DNA from: an uncultured Bacteroidota bacterium
Lineage (GTDB): Bacteria > Bacteroidota > Bacteroidia > AKYH767-A > OLB10
Length of the DNA stretch: 64,000 bases
Assembly (NCBI GenBank): GCA_900696575.1
Contig: CAADHD010000018.1
Location: forward strand, 83,725-147,724
Direction of reading: 5' to 3'
Shown: positions 1 to 9,379 of the stretch, piece after piece
How the letters are laid out: each line of letters opens with the position of its first letter
How positions within the stretch are numbered: the first letter of the stretch is position 1
Program-made: the position numbers and the translations under genes
Notes under the pieces: generated by a model
Database searches by the model: none
The model's input: the letters and a program-made list of their open reading frames with translations, nothing else
Told to the model about the DNA's origin: nothing

Positions 1-2
1 GA

Positions 3-1028
3 GCATGGTCGCTTACCTCTAACAAATTGCTGTTCGGCCAACCCTGTTTTTATAAGAAAAAACCGGAGATTAAAAAAAATGAAATTTTAAAACCTGTTTT
101 TCTGAATGACAAAATATCACAGCGCGTATTGAATTCAATCAAAGCGGCCTTGTTTGCCCGGCAGAAAGAAACCGACCCGGTTACGTATGCCGATGAACGC
201 TTTCTTTATGGTTATGAAACCGATGACGGTTTTACGGTTTACCTGTTAAGCATGAAACCTGAAAACCGACTGCCGCTCGAATCATACATCGGCTACATGG
301 TTTACAGCAACGGCATTCCGGTAAGCTATGGCGGTGGCTGGATTTTTTACGAGCAATGTGAGTTTGGCATTAACATATTTGAACAATTCCGCGGTGGCCC
401 CTCAGCAAGAATTCTGCATGTGCTGATGAATGTGTACAAACACCATTATGGAGTTAAAACTTTTATTATCCCTCCTTATCAGTTTGGCGAAGGCAACCGT
501 GATGGCATAAAATCGGGGGCATTCTGGTTTTATTACAAGATGGGATTCAGGCCGGTGAATAAGGAATTGAAATTACTGGCAGAAAGGGAATGGAAAAAAA
601 TTCAAAACAATAAAGCATACCGCACGCCTGAAAAAGTATTGCTTCGCTTTACCGAAGGCCCGGTAATTTCAGAATTGAAAAATAATTTACCGGTACCCGA
701 ATTAAAAAAACTCAGTCATGCAGCTATTAAATGGATAGCCGAAAATTTTGACGGGAATCAAAAAGAAGCTTCGAAAAAATCGGCTGACCGATTGCTGAAA
801 AAATCAGGCATAAGCACGAAAGGATGGAGTATTTCAGAAAAAAATTTCTTTCAGGAACTGGCCCCCTTCCTTTGCATGATACACGGTTGGGAGAAATGGA
901 AACAACCGGAAATAAAGCAGGCGGTAATGTTGTTGAAAGAAAAGGGACGAGAAGAACATCGTTTCATCCGTATGCTGCAACAACACCAAAAACTAAGGAA
1001 AGAATTTTTCAGAATCAGTAAGGGCTAA
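3..1028 (+). CDS. hypothetical protein, probably 5'-truncated at the window edge
   Basis: The ORF track gives 27..1028 (333 aa) with a TTG start. The same frame stays open back to nt 3, so the gene likely continues upstream. Composition is normal and I see no recognisable motif, although a 'FWFYYKMGF' stretch vaguely resembles a GNAT fold. Confidence 0.45.
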   Translation, partial: AWSLTSNKLLFGQPCFYKKKPEIKKNEILKPVFLNDKISQRVLNSIKAALFARQKETDPVTYADERFLYGYETDDGFTVYLLSMKPENRLPLESYIGYMVYSNGIPVSYGGGWIFYEQCEFGINIFEQFRGGPSARILHVLMNVYKHHYGVKTFIIPPYQFGEGNRDGIKSGAFWFYYKMGFRPVNKELKLLAEREWKKIQNNKAYRTPEKVLLRFTEGPVISELKNNLPVPELKKLSHAAIKWIAENFDGNQKEASKKSADRLLKKSGISTKGWSISEKNFFQELAPFLCMIHGWEKWKQPEIKQAVMLLKEKGREEHRFIRMLQQHQKLRKEFFRISKG

Positions 1029-1078
1029 AGGCGAATGATTATAACAGGGGCACCTACCTTTGCCTGAAACCAATTCTG

Positions 1079-2530
1079 TTGAAAACCTCATTGTTAAAAT
1101 TACTTTCCGGCCCGGCCATCGGCTTGCTTGTTTTTTTTGTCATGCGATTTTATGCAATCAGCACCGGTATCAGTGCCACAGCCATGATTACTGTATGGAT
1201 GGCTGCCTGGTGGATTACCGAAGCGGTTGATATTGGTGTAACTTCCTTTATTCCTTTTATTCTGTTTCCGCTAAGCGGTGTAATGGATGCCGGCTCTGTT
1301 GCCATGCAATATATGGAGCAAACTATTTTTCTTTTCATTGGCGGATTCTTCCTCGCTTTTGCTCTTGAAAAATGGAATCTGCATAAACGCATTGCCTTTC
1401 GCATTTTGCTTCTTACCGGAACTTCGCCTTCGCGTGTTTTGCTTGGAGTAATGCTTACGGCTTTTATTATTTCCATGTGGATTTCAAATACCGCCACCGT
1501 CATCATGCTTGTTTCGGCCATTACAGCCATTATTACTCTCGATCACAACTACAATGAAAAAGAGCACAAGAAAATAGCCTGCGGGCTGATGCTTGCCCTT
1601 GCCTACTCAGCCACGATTGGCGGAATCAGCACTTTGGTAGGCACTCCGCCTAACATGGTCTTTGCCGGTTTTATGGAGAAAATGTATGAAGGGCAAATGG
1701 CTATCACCTTTACCCGATGGTTTACGTTTGCTTTCCCCTTTTCGCTTGTATTCATTACAGCCGTTTACTTCATTCTTAAAAAACTTTTTATTCCGGAACA
1801 TCATGAAAAACCTTTACCTCTGGATTATATCCGAAATGAATTGAAAAAAGCCGGCCCGGTTTCCAACGAAGAAAAATGGCTGATGACGATTTTTTTTATC
1901 ACGGTAATTTTATGGTTTACCCGTACAGGACTAAACTTCGGATCATTCAGCATTAAAGGCTGGACATCGCTTCTTCCATACGGCAGCTTTATCCGCGACA
2001 GCACGGTGGCCATAACCATGTCATTACTTCTCTTTCTTATTCCTTCTAAAAACAAAAAGGGAGAACAACTGCTGATATGGAGTGATGTAACACGATTGCC
2101 ATTCCGCATCATCCTGCTTTTTGGAAGCGGTTTTGCCCTGGCCGAAGGATTTGAAAAAAGCGGACTGGCAACCTTGCTTGCACACCAACTTGGCGTATTC
2201 AATCAGTTTCCGGAATGGACGCTGCTTCTTGCAATCATGATTATGGTTACAGTACTGAGCGAATTCGCTTCGAATGTGGCCAGTGTTCAATTGGTATTGC
2301 CTGTACTTGCACCATTAGCCATTACTCTCAATGCCGACCCCCTGACATTGATGGTTCCGGCTACTATGGCTGCCTCTCTTGGTTACATGATGCCTGTAGC
2401 TACGGCTGCTAATACCATTGTTTACGGTACGGGTTATGTGCCCTTAAAACAGATGTTGCGGGCAGGATTGATTTTAAACCTTACCGGAATTGCTATTCTC
2501 TTTTTACTGGTGCATTTACTGAAATTTTAA
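1079..2530 (+). CDS. DASS/SLC13-family anion:sodium symporter (ArsB/NhaD permease superfamily)
   Basis: 483-aa polytopic membrane protein. It carries the duplicated 'SNTAT'-type hairpin motifs (SNTATVIMLV; ASNVASVQLVLPV) typical of divalent-anion:Na+ symporters. The start is a TTG and is uncertain. Confidence 0.75.
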   Translation: MKTSLLKLLSGPAIGLLVFFVMRFYAISTGISATAMITVWMAAWWITEAVDIGVTSFIPFILFPLSGVMDAGSVAMQYMEQTIFLFIGGFFLAFALEKWNLHKRIAFRILLLTGTSPSRVLLGVMLTAFIISMWISNTATVIMLVSAITAIITLDHNYNEKEHKKIACGLMLALAYSATIGGISTLVGTPPNMVFAGFMEKMYEGQMAITFTRWFTFAFPFSLVFITAVYFILKKLFIPEHHEKPLPLDYIRNELKKAGPVSNEEKWLMTIFFITVILWFTRTGLNFGSFSIKGWTSLLPYGSFIRDSTVAITMSLLLFLIPSKNKKGEQLLIWSDVTRLPFRIILLFGSGFALAEGFEKSGLATLLAHQLGVFNQFPEWTLLLAIMIMVTVLSEFASNVASVQLVLPVLAPLAITLNADPLTLMVPATMAASLGYMMPVATAANTIVYGTGYVPLKQMLRAGLILNLTGIAILFLLVHLLKF

Positions 2531-2611
2531 AAAATCATTCAAAGCATATAAAGTTTACCACCGATAACATCATCAACGGGCTGAAGCTACTTTTGCAAAG
2601 CTGATAATTTT

Positions 2612-3868
2612 ATGACACCGTTAGCCGAACGCATGCGCCCTGTTTCGCTTGATGATTTTTTAGGGCAAGAGCATCTCACAGGGACTCAAGGAGTAATCAG
2701 GAAACTGATTCAGGGCGGACGAATGCCGTCCATAATTTTCTGGGGCCCGCCCGGCACAGGTAAAACCACACTGGCAAAAATCATGGCCTCACAAACAGGC
2801 GCTCCCTTTTTTCAGCTGAGCGCTATCAGTTCTGGAGTAAAAGAAGTTCGTGAGATAATTGCACAGGCCGAAAAAGAAAAAACTGCCATTCTTTTCATTG
2901 ATGAGATTCACCGTTTCAGTAAGTCGCAACAGGATTCATTACTGGGTGCTGTAGAACGAGGTGTTGTTACATTAATAGGTGCAACAACCGAAAATCCTTC
3001 GTTCGAAGTGATTCAGGCTTTGCTGTCGCGATGCCAGGTTTATGTGTTAAACAGTTTGAGCAAAAACGATTTATCAGCCATACTTAAAAATGCGTTGGAA
3101 AAAGACGAGTGGCTTCGCTCAAAAAAAATTACCGTACACGAAACCGATGCTTTGTTCAGATTAAGCGGTGGCGATGCCCGCAAACTGCTTAACCTGCTCG
3201 AACTAACAACTACTTCCGCTTCAACAGAGGAGATAATTATTTCGGACGAAACTGTTCTGCAGGCAACACACCGCAAGCTGGCTTTTTATGATAAACAAGG
3301 CGAACAGCATTATGATATCATTTCGGCTTTCATTAAATCCATCCGCGGAAGCGATCCCAATGCGGCTGTTTACTGGTTAGCCAGAATGATTGAAGGAGGC
3401 GAGGATCCGTTATTTGTAGCAAGGCGCATGGTGATACTGGCCAGCGAAGACATAGGCAATGCCAGCCCAACGGCATTGGTTTTAGCCAATAGCTGTTTTG
3501 AAGCGGTTAATAAAATAGGATATCCCGAATGCAGAATTATTCTTTCGCAGTGTGCGGTGTATCTGGCTTCTTCGCCCAAGAGCAACGCTTCGTACCTGGC
3601 CATTGAAGATGCGATTGCAGAAGTAAAAAAGTCAGGCGATCAGCCTGTGCCGCTTCACCTGCGGAATGCTCCCACATCGCTCATGAACGAATTGGGTTAT
3701 GGACATGATTACCGGTATGCCCATCAATATGATTCTAATTTTATTTTTCAGGAGTACCTGCCCGAAAAACTAAACGGAAAGAAATTTTACGATCCCGGAA
3801 ACAATCCGCGTGAAAACGAAATCCGGCAGTTGCTTAAAAAACTTTGGGGCAATAAATACAATTACTGA
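2612..3868 (+). CDS. rarA: replication-associated recombination protein A (AAA+ ATPase RarA/MgsA)
   Basis: N-terminus 'MRPVSLDDFLGQEHL', Walker A 'GPPGTGKTTLA', Walker B 'LFIDEIHRF', and a MgsA C-terminal domain. Length is 418 aa. Confidence 0.95.
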   Translation: MTPLAERMRPVSLDDFLGQEHLTGTQGVIRKLIQGGRMPSIIFWGPPGTGKTTLAKIMASQTGAPFFQLSAISSGVKEVREIIAQAEKEKTAILFIDEIHRFSKSQQDSLLGAVERGVVTLIGATTENPSFEVIQALLSRCQVYVLNSLSKNDLSAILKNALEKDEWLRSKKITVHETDALFRLSGGDARKLLNLLELTTTSASTEEIIISDETVLQATHRKLAFYDKQGEQHYDIISAFIKSIRGSDPNAAVYWLARMIEGGEDPLFVARRMVILASEDIGNASPTALVLANSCFEAVNKIGYPECRIILSQCAVYLASSPKSNASYLAIEDAIAEVKKSGDQPVPLHLRNAPTSLMNELGYGHDYRYAHQYDSNFIFQEYLPEKLNGKKFYDPGNNPRENEIRQLLKKLWGNKYNY

Positions 3869-3873
3869 AGAAA

Positions 3874-4905
3874 TTATTCTTCGGCTTTCGGCTTTTTTCC
3901 GAACAGGTAATTCCGCTGGTTGAAATTGTAAATAATGCCGGCTGAAAATTTAAAGCTGCCGGCCGCTTTGCCGGTAATTTTTTCTTCGGCAGCAGGCAAT
4001 AATCCCGAAAGGGTAAACTGCAGGTTGTTATAGTAAACATCCACTCCAGGTCCGGCCATCAGCACATTCATGGAAGTAGTTTTGCTGATACCCGATTCCG
4101 TTCTGATGCCTGCCGTGTTTTCATAGTAAAGATGTGCTGCCGGAATGATAATCCATTTGCCCGCAAAAGTTTTGTAAAAGATACTTCCATAACTGTTTAC
4201 TGAATTGCTGATTTTTTCATTGTAGCTGTTGGTGCCGTTCAGTTTGTAAGATCCCGAAAGCGAAACGCCCCATCGGTTGATGCCGGAAGTGTAATTTCCA
4301 AAGAGAAAATAATCGGTAGTACCTGTTCCAGGTTGCATCATCAGGTGAATGCGGGCATTATTATTATCGGTAAGATCATGTCGCCCGGTCGGCAGTTTAA
4401 TGCCTGCGCCAAGCGTTAGCCGGAATTGCCATCCTTCCATGTCCATTTTACGAAGCAATTGATAGCCACTGTAGATATTGATATCGCCTAATCCCGAAAC
4501 TTTATGAAATGACTCATTCATCATCATCGAGTTGAAATTAAACGGAACAATAATGTTTAATTCAATTCTTTCATGCAGAAAAAATCTGGAACGAAATTCT
4601 AAAACACGATATTCTTCGTAATCATTTCCATTCAAAACTTCATCGTGATGATAATCTGTATGCAAGGATGTAATGCCGGAGCGTAAAGAACCCGAAGGCA
4701 ACAAAGCGGAATTTCTGTCAAACCCGTAATACCCGCTAAAAGTTCGCAGGCGGTAAACAAGGCCAATGTTGCTTTGATTATCATAAGGAGTTAAGCCCAT
4801 AAAACATCCGCAAACATCGCAGGCAAAAACATTTTGCGACTGGATAAAAACCAGCAAGACAGCAATCTTAATTCGGTTTGAAACGCGGGTCATTAATGAA
4901 TTCAT
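3874..4905 (-). CDS. predicted outer-membrane beta-barrel protein with an N-terminal C-D-V-C-G-C motif; third gene of the MbnP/MbnH-like operon
   Basis: A signal peptide is followed immediately by 'CDVCGC'. Alternating hydrophobic residues and a Gly/Tyr-rich C-terminal strand pattern fit a beta barrel. The gene overlaps the upstream CCP gene by 38 nt, indicating translational coupling. Confidence 0.5.
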   Translation of the reverse strand: MNSLMTRVSNRIKIAVLLVFIQSQNVFACDVCGCFMGLTPYDNQSNIGLVYRLRTFSGYYGFDRNSALLPSGSLRSGITSLHTDYHHDEVLNGNDYEEYRVLEFRSRFFLHERIELNIIVPFNFNSMMMNESFHKVSGLGDINIYSGYQLLRKMDMEGWQFRLTLGAGIKLPTGRHDLTDNNNARIHLMMQPGTGTTDYFLFGNYTSGINRWGVSLSGSYKLNGTNSYNEKISNSVNSYGSIFYKTFAGKWIIIPAAHLYYENTAGIRTESGISKTTSMNVLMAGPGVDVYYNNLQFTLSGLLPAAEEKITGKAAGSFKFSAGIIYNFNQRNYLFGKKPKAEE

Positions 4906-5905
4906 AGTCGGTCAGTGTGTTTAAAAATTGAAGTAAATCCTGTTTTTCACTTTCGGATAAAGTAATGCCATTAACCAGCAGCGGATCAAGTGTTGGGGAT
5001 GGTTTAACATGAAAGCGATAATGGTCAATGCATTGGCTCAGAGTCTGCAAACGCCCGTCATGCATGTATGGCCGCGAAACAGAAACATTGCGGAGTGAGG
5101 GGACTTTAAATTTGCCTATGTCTTCAGGAAGGGAGGTAATGTGTGCTCGCCCTGAATCGCTGGGGAAAACATCATCAAGTCCATTGTTGCGGAAAGAAAA
5201 ATCGCTGAACAATGGTTCTTTGTGGCAGCTCTCGCATTTGGCTCGAAAGATATTCAGCCCGCTGTTTTCCTGCAAGGTTAATTCTGCTTCACCACGAATG
5301 TACTTATCGTATTTCGAACGGTATGAATTCATCATGCCCATAAACTGGGCAAAGGCACGCAGCATTAATTGAGTGGTGATGGAGTCTGAGCCGAAAGCTT
5401 TTTTGAATAGCGCAGGGTATTGAGGATGGTTCCGTAGCTTATTGATAACATTGCCTAATGATTCATCCATTTCAATGGGATTGGTAATAGGAGCAATTGG
5501 CTGCACTTCAATATGATTGATACCGCCATCCCACATGAAAGACGGGTGCCAGATTAAATTAAACAGTGAAGGAGAATTACGGGTACCAAACTGATTGTCT
5601 ATACCATGACTTACCGGATGATCCAAATGGGCAAAAGAAGCAAACTGCTGATGGCAACTTTCGCAGGAAGTTGAATTATCGCGCGACAGAAGGGGGTCAT
5701 GAAAAAGCTTACGGCCCAACTTAAATCCATCGGTTGTAAGAGGGTTGCCGGTAAAATTATAAACAGGCTGAGGAAAGCCCTGCGGAATCACAAACTCTAT
5801 TTTTTCTTCAGGTAAAGGCGCAGGGCTTAAATCCGGATCAACCGAGCAGGCAGAAAACACTGCCGGTATCAAAAGCCATCCTAAAGATTTTATCAGCCTG
5901 TTCAT
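4868..5905 (-). CDS. di-heme cytochrome c peroxidase (CCP/MauG family; MbnH-like)
   Basis: Two CxxCH heme-binding motifs, 'CESCHQQ' and 'CESCHKE'. It has a signal peptide and is 345 aa, typical of bacterial di-heme CCPs. Confidence 0.85.
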   Translation of the reverse strand: MNRLIKSLGWLLIPAVFSACSVDPDLSPAPLPEEKIEFVIPQGFPQPVYNFTGNPLTTDGFKLGRKLFHDPLLSRDNSTSCESCHQQFASFAHLDHPVSHGIDNQFGTRNSPSLFNLIWHPSFMWDGGINHIEVQPIAPITNPIEMDESLGNVINKLRNHPQYPALFKKAFGSDSITTQLMLRAFAQFMGMMNSYRSKYDKYIRGEAELTLQENSGLNIFRAKCESCHKEPLFSDFSFRNNGLDDVFPSDSGRAHITSLPEDIGKFKVPSLRNVSVSRPYMHDGRLQTLSQCIDHYRFHVKPSPTLDPLLVNGITLSESEKQDLLQFLNTLTDYEFINDPRFKPN

Positions 5906-5911
5906 AATAAT

Positions 5912-6718
5912 TTAGTCGTTATGTACGTGGTCAACTCGAATCATATCGGCATAATTCTCGGCAATTGGCATGCAGGCCATGGGCATGTGGGCAGTGTTTA
6001 ATGTAGCAAAATTGATGGTGTTGGGATTGGAGAAAATTTCACTCACATCAACTATGAAATGAATTTCAGGAGATATGTTATTACGTACCATAGCTTTTGA
6101 TCCGTTAAAGGTGAGAGTAACTTTTTTGATGTTGTTCGATGGTTCTTTAAACCCGCCAGCATGGAATATAAGGGCATTGCTGGCAGCAGTACTCTGAGGA
6201 GAATTGCCCTCGAACATCATAAAGATATAACCGCTGTTCCAGCTCCAAAACATACCGTTGGCGGGATCAAGAGTTCCGGTTTGTGCACCCGAGGTATTGC
6301 GCAGGCTGTCAATACCTATAAGAAACTCCACAGCATCATAATCACCGGCAGGTATATTCGGAATGCTGATGTTTTTTGAGGCGGCATTATCTTCATCAAT
6401 CAAAAAATAGCCGAAATCGGTGTTAACATCAGAAGGAACGGTGTAATAGGTTCCATCTGTTTTTCTGAATCGGAAATTGCTCAGATAGTAGCGGAAGCGC
6501 GAAACCGTGTATTGGTCGCCATTGGCATTGGTATAATTGCCTGTTGTTAAGGCAAGTAATTGAGCGCCTACTTTATGAGTAAATTCCATGCGCATGGCAT
6601 TGGTTCCGGTTAAGTCGCTATGATTATGATCGTCATCTTTTTCTTTCTTTTTACATCCGGTTATGACTATGGCCGGAATAATTAAAATGCTGAGTATATA
6701 AAGGATGTTTTTTTTCAT
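5912..6718 (-). CDS. MbnP-like periplasmic lipoprotein (putative copper-binding partner of the di-heme peroxidase)
   Basis: Lipobox 'ITGC' followed by a His-rich N-terminus 'DDDHNHSD'. It is 268 aa, Trp-containing, and sits 6 nt upstream of the CCP gene. The MbnP/MbnH pairing is known from established family knowledge; the assignment is by context and composition, not alignment. Confidence 0.5.
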   Translation of the reverse strand: MKKNILYILSILIIPAIVITGCKKKEKDDDHNHSDLTGTNAMRMEFTHKVGAQLLALTTGNYTNANGDQYTVSRFRYYLSNFRFRKTDGTYYTVPSDVNTDFGYFLIDEDNAASKNISIPNIPAGDYDAVEFLIGIDSLRNTSGAQTGTLDPANGMFWSWNSGYIFMMFEGNSPQSTAASNALIFHAGGFKEPSNNIKKVTLTFNGSKAMVRNNISPEIHFIVDVSEIFSNPNTINFATLNTAHMPMACMPIAENYADMIRVDHVHND

Positions 6719-6854
6719 GATGAATAAATTTTTAATATAGATTTTATTGTTTGAGATGAAATTAAATAAATGAAATGGTTATACGGAATAAACCGAACCG
6801 TATTTTCGGAATTGAAAATAGTAAAAGTTGTTAAACTTTATTCAGGCAAAACAC

Positions 6855-7220
6855 TCAGGCGCGCGGGGGATGAAAGATGCCGGAGGTAATGGAGTAGCGA
6901 TAACTTTCGGTACTCACAATATACTTGTAATCTGAATTTAAAGTCGCAGCAGAAATTTTTAATTCTTCACTAAAAAAATAAACCACCTCGCTTCCTTTTT
7001 TAACAGATGCCGGAACAGAATTTTCTTTTTCTGCCTCTGTTTTCATTTCCTTTTTAAGCACACACTTGCCTTCGCAATGTTTTTCCGGAACAGTCCTGTT
7101 TTCGCAAAGGTTGGTACTGATATAGACCTTATTTAAAAGATAGCCCGAATAAATAACCGAAAAAGTCATGGCCTGTAACAATACAGGAATAATCACTATC
7201 AGACCAAGAACTTTTTTCAT
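6855..7220 (-). CDS. small membrane-anchored Cys-rich hypothetical protein
   Basis: N-terminal TM helix 'VLGLIVIIPVLLQAMTFSVIY' followed by 'CENRTVPEKHCEGKC'. It lies directly upstream and on the same strand as the mbnP-like gene. The start was chosen at MKK. Confidence 0.4.
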   Translation of the reverse strand: MKKVLGLIVIIPVLLQAMTFSVIYSGYLLNKVYISTNLCENRTVPEKHCEGKCVLKKEMKTEAEKENSVPASVKKGSEVVYFFSEELKISAATLNSDYKYIVSTESYRYSITSGIFHPPRA

Positions 7221-7302
7221 CGTCATGAAGCAAATGTAATACGTACAGAGAATATCAAACGGTGACTTTTGTCAAGATACTTACAGGTATATGTTAGCTT
7301 TC

Positions 7303-8292
7303 CTATACTTTAGATAATTCACCTTTAAGAAAATCAATCACTTTAACTTCGGTAGCATCAATCTGCTTCAGCTCACTCAGGTACCAGCTAATCCAGTCGC
7401 CCAGGTGAACCAAATACAATGTTCGTTCAATATTGTTGTTGCCTTTAGACCAAACTTCGAATACATATGGAGTGTATTTTGAAACAATCTGTTTGGTTAA
7501 TTCCATGCGTGCCTGTGTGCGCTTGTAGTCCGTTTCATTTCTGAAAAAGACTACAGCCAATTTGTCATTAGGCGTTGTCCATCCCACCAATTCGTTATGA
7601 TTCATTTCGGGCAGGGCATGATGCCAGCAAAGCATTTTCGAGTTTTCATCAATCTGCTGGCGGAAGCGGATAGCTACCCCTTCAAAAGAAGCATCGCTGT
7701 AAATCACCGGAATTTTACGGTGAAGCTTTTCGGCCAGATAATAGGCTTCTGACTTTATATGTTCCGATTCCTGATTCAATAACTGAACAGCATTCAGCAA
7801 GGAGCTCTCAAAGGAACGGTCAATCAATCCATAGCCATGCAAAACATAGAATAGCTGAGTGAATGAATAGGCAAATGCTGAGCGGGGCGGCCGGCCACCT
7901 GAAATTACAATATGGTCAAGGCTCTTTTGCTTAGCAATCTCTATCACCTTTCCTCCGGATGAAATGCAGCATACTTTTGCTCCGCACTTTATGGCATCTT
8001 CCATTGCCTGCAAGGTTTCTTCCGTATTGCCGGAGTAAGAACAAATAATAGCCAGCGTATTTTTTCCTGTAAATGCCGGTATGAAATAATCTTTATTGAC
8101 CACTACCGGAATTTTTATCTGCTTATCCACTAATTGCGAAACAATTGTTCCGCCAATTCCGCTGCCGCCAAGCCCGGAGATAAGAACATTGTCAATGCGT
8201 TCAGCCGGTTTTGTAAACTGTGCTATTCTGCCGGTGTCTATGGCTTCTTCTAATTGTCGGGTAAACGTGGCAATCAAATCTTTCATATTCAT
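7303..8292 (-). CDS. bifunctional phosphoglucose/phosphomannose isomerase (SIS domain, archaeal type)
   Basis: SIS motif 'ISGLGGSGIGG' and 'CSYSGNTEE', with a C-terminal PGI/PMI domain. Length is 329 aa. Confidence 0.8.
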   Translation of the reverse strand: MNMKDLIATFTRQLEEAIDTGRIAQFTKPAERIDNVLISGLGGSGIGGTIVSQLVDKQIKIPVVVNKDYFIPAFTGKNTLAIICSYSGNTEETLQAMEDAIKCGAKVCCISSGGKVIEIAKQKSLDHIVISGGRPPRSAFAYSFTQLFYVLHGYGLIDRSFESSLLNAVQLLNQESEHIKSEAYYLAEKLHRKIPVIYSDASFEGVAIRFRQQIDENSKMLCWHHALPEMNHNELVGWTTPNDKLAVVFFRNETDYKRTQARMELTKQIVSKYTPYVFEVWSKGNNNIERTLYLVHLGDWISWYLSELKQIDATEVKVIDFLKGELSKV

Positions 8293-8375
8293 AGCTGTGG
8301 TTTTTATAAAGCGAGGGCAAAAGTAATGCGATCATGATTGGAAGCGGTTAAACTTATTGCCATTAAGTTTGTCGG

Positions 8376-9317
8376 GTGCAAAAGGATGTCCTCAAAGAAG
8401 AAATAAAGCGAGAAGCAAAAAGGCTGGGATTTGATTTCTGCGGATTTTCAAAAGCAGAGTTTTTAGATGAGGAAGCTCCACGACTAGAACAATGGCTAAA
8501 GAATGGAATGCATGGGAAGATGCACTACATGGAAAACCATTTTGACAAACGGCTTGACCCGCGAATGCTCGTGCCCGGAGCAAAAACCGTCATCAGCCTT
8601 CTGCAGAATTATTACACAGAAGAAAAACAGCCTGATGATGCCCCTAAAGTTTCAATATACGCTTACGGGAAAGATTATCATCTGGTTATAAAGAAAAAAT
8701 TGAAAGTGCTGTTGGGGTTTATCCGTGAACAGATTGGCAATGCAAACGGACGCGCCTTTGTTGATTCAGCTCCTGTGCTTGATCGCGCCTGGGCAAAACG
8801 AAGCGGATTAGGATGGACAGGAAAAAATACTCAGCTTATAAATCCTAAAGCCGGCTCCTATTATTTTATAGGAGAACTGATTATTGATGTAGAACTTCCG
8901 CCCGACTATGAAATTAAAGATTATTGCGGCACCTGCAACCGTTGCATAGAAGCCTGTCCTACACAAGCCATTATTAAGCCCTACATGGTTGATGGATCAA
9001 AATGCATTTCCTATTTCACCATTGAATTGAGAGAAGAAATTCCTGTTGAATACCAAAAGAAAATGGATGGATGGGCTTTCGGATGCGATATATGCCAGCA
9101 GGTTTGCCCCTGGAACAGGTTCTCAAAACCACATAATGAACCGGAGTTACTCCCAAACAAGGACATAATGAAGATGGGAAAAGAAGAATGGATGGATATT
9201 AATGAAGATGTTTTCAAAAGTATTTTTGCTTCATCTCCTCTCAAAAGAACCAAATGGGAGGGCATGAAAAGAAACCTCCGATTTCTTAATGCAAATCACA
9301 ACAATTCTGCAGAATGA
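8376..9317 (+). CDS. queG: tRNA epoxyqueuosine(34) reductase QueG
   Basis: 4Fe-4S ferredoxin motifs '[12 protein letters not shown]' and '[11 protein letters not shown]'. QueG-type N-terminus. Length is 313 aa. Confidence 0.9.
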   Translation: MQKDVLKEEIKREAKRLGFDFCGFSKAEFLDEEAPRLEQWLKNGMHGKMHYMENHFDKRLDPRMLVPGAKTVISLLQNYYTEEKQPDDAPKVSIYAYGKDYHLVIKKKLKVLLGFIREQIGNANGRAFVDSAPVLDRAWAKRSGLGWTGKNTQLINPKAGSYYFIGELIIDVELPPDYEIKDYCGTCNRCIEACPTQAIIKPYMVDGSKCISYFTIELREEIPVEYQKKMDGWAFGCDICQQVCPWNRFSKPHNEPELLPNKDIMKMGKEEWMDINEDVFKSIFASSPLKRTKWEGMKRNLRFLNANHNNSAE

Positions 9318-9379
9318 ATTTGTATGTAAGAAGATATTTATACTTTAGCCCCTCGAAAAAATAAAAACTACTAAATAAT

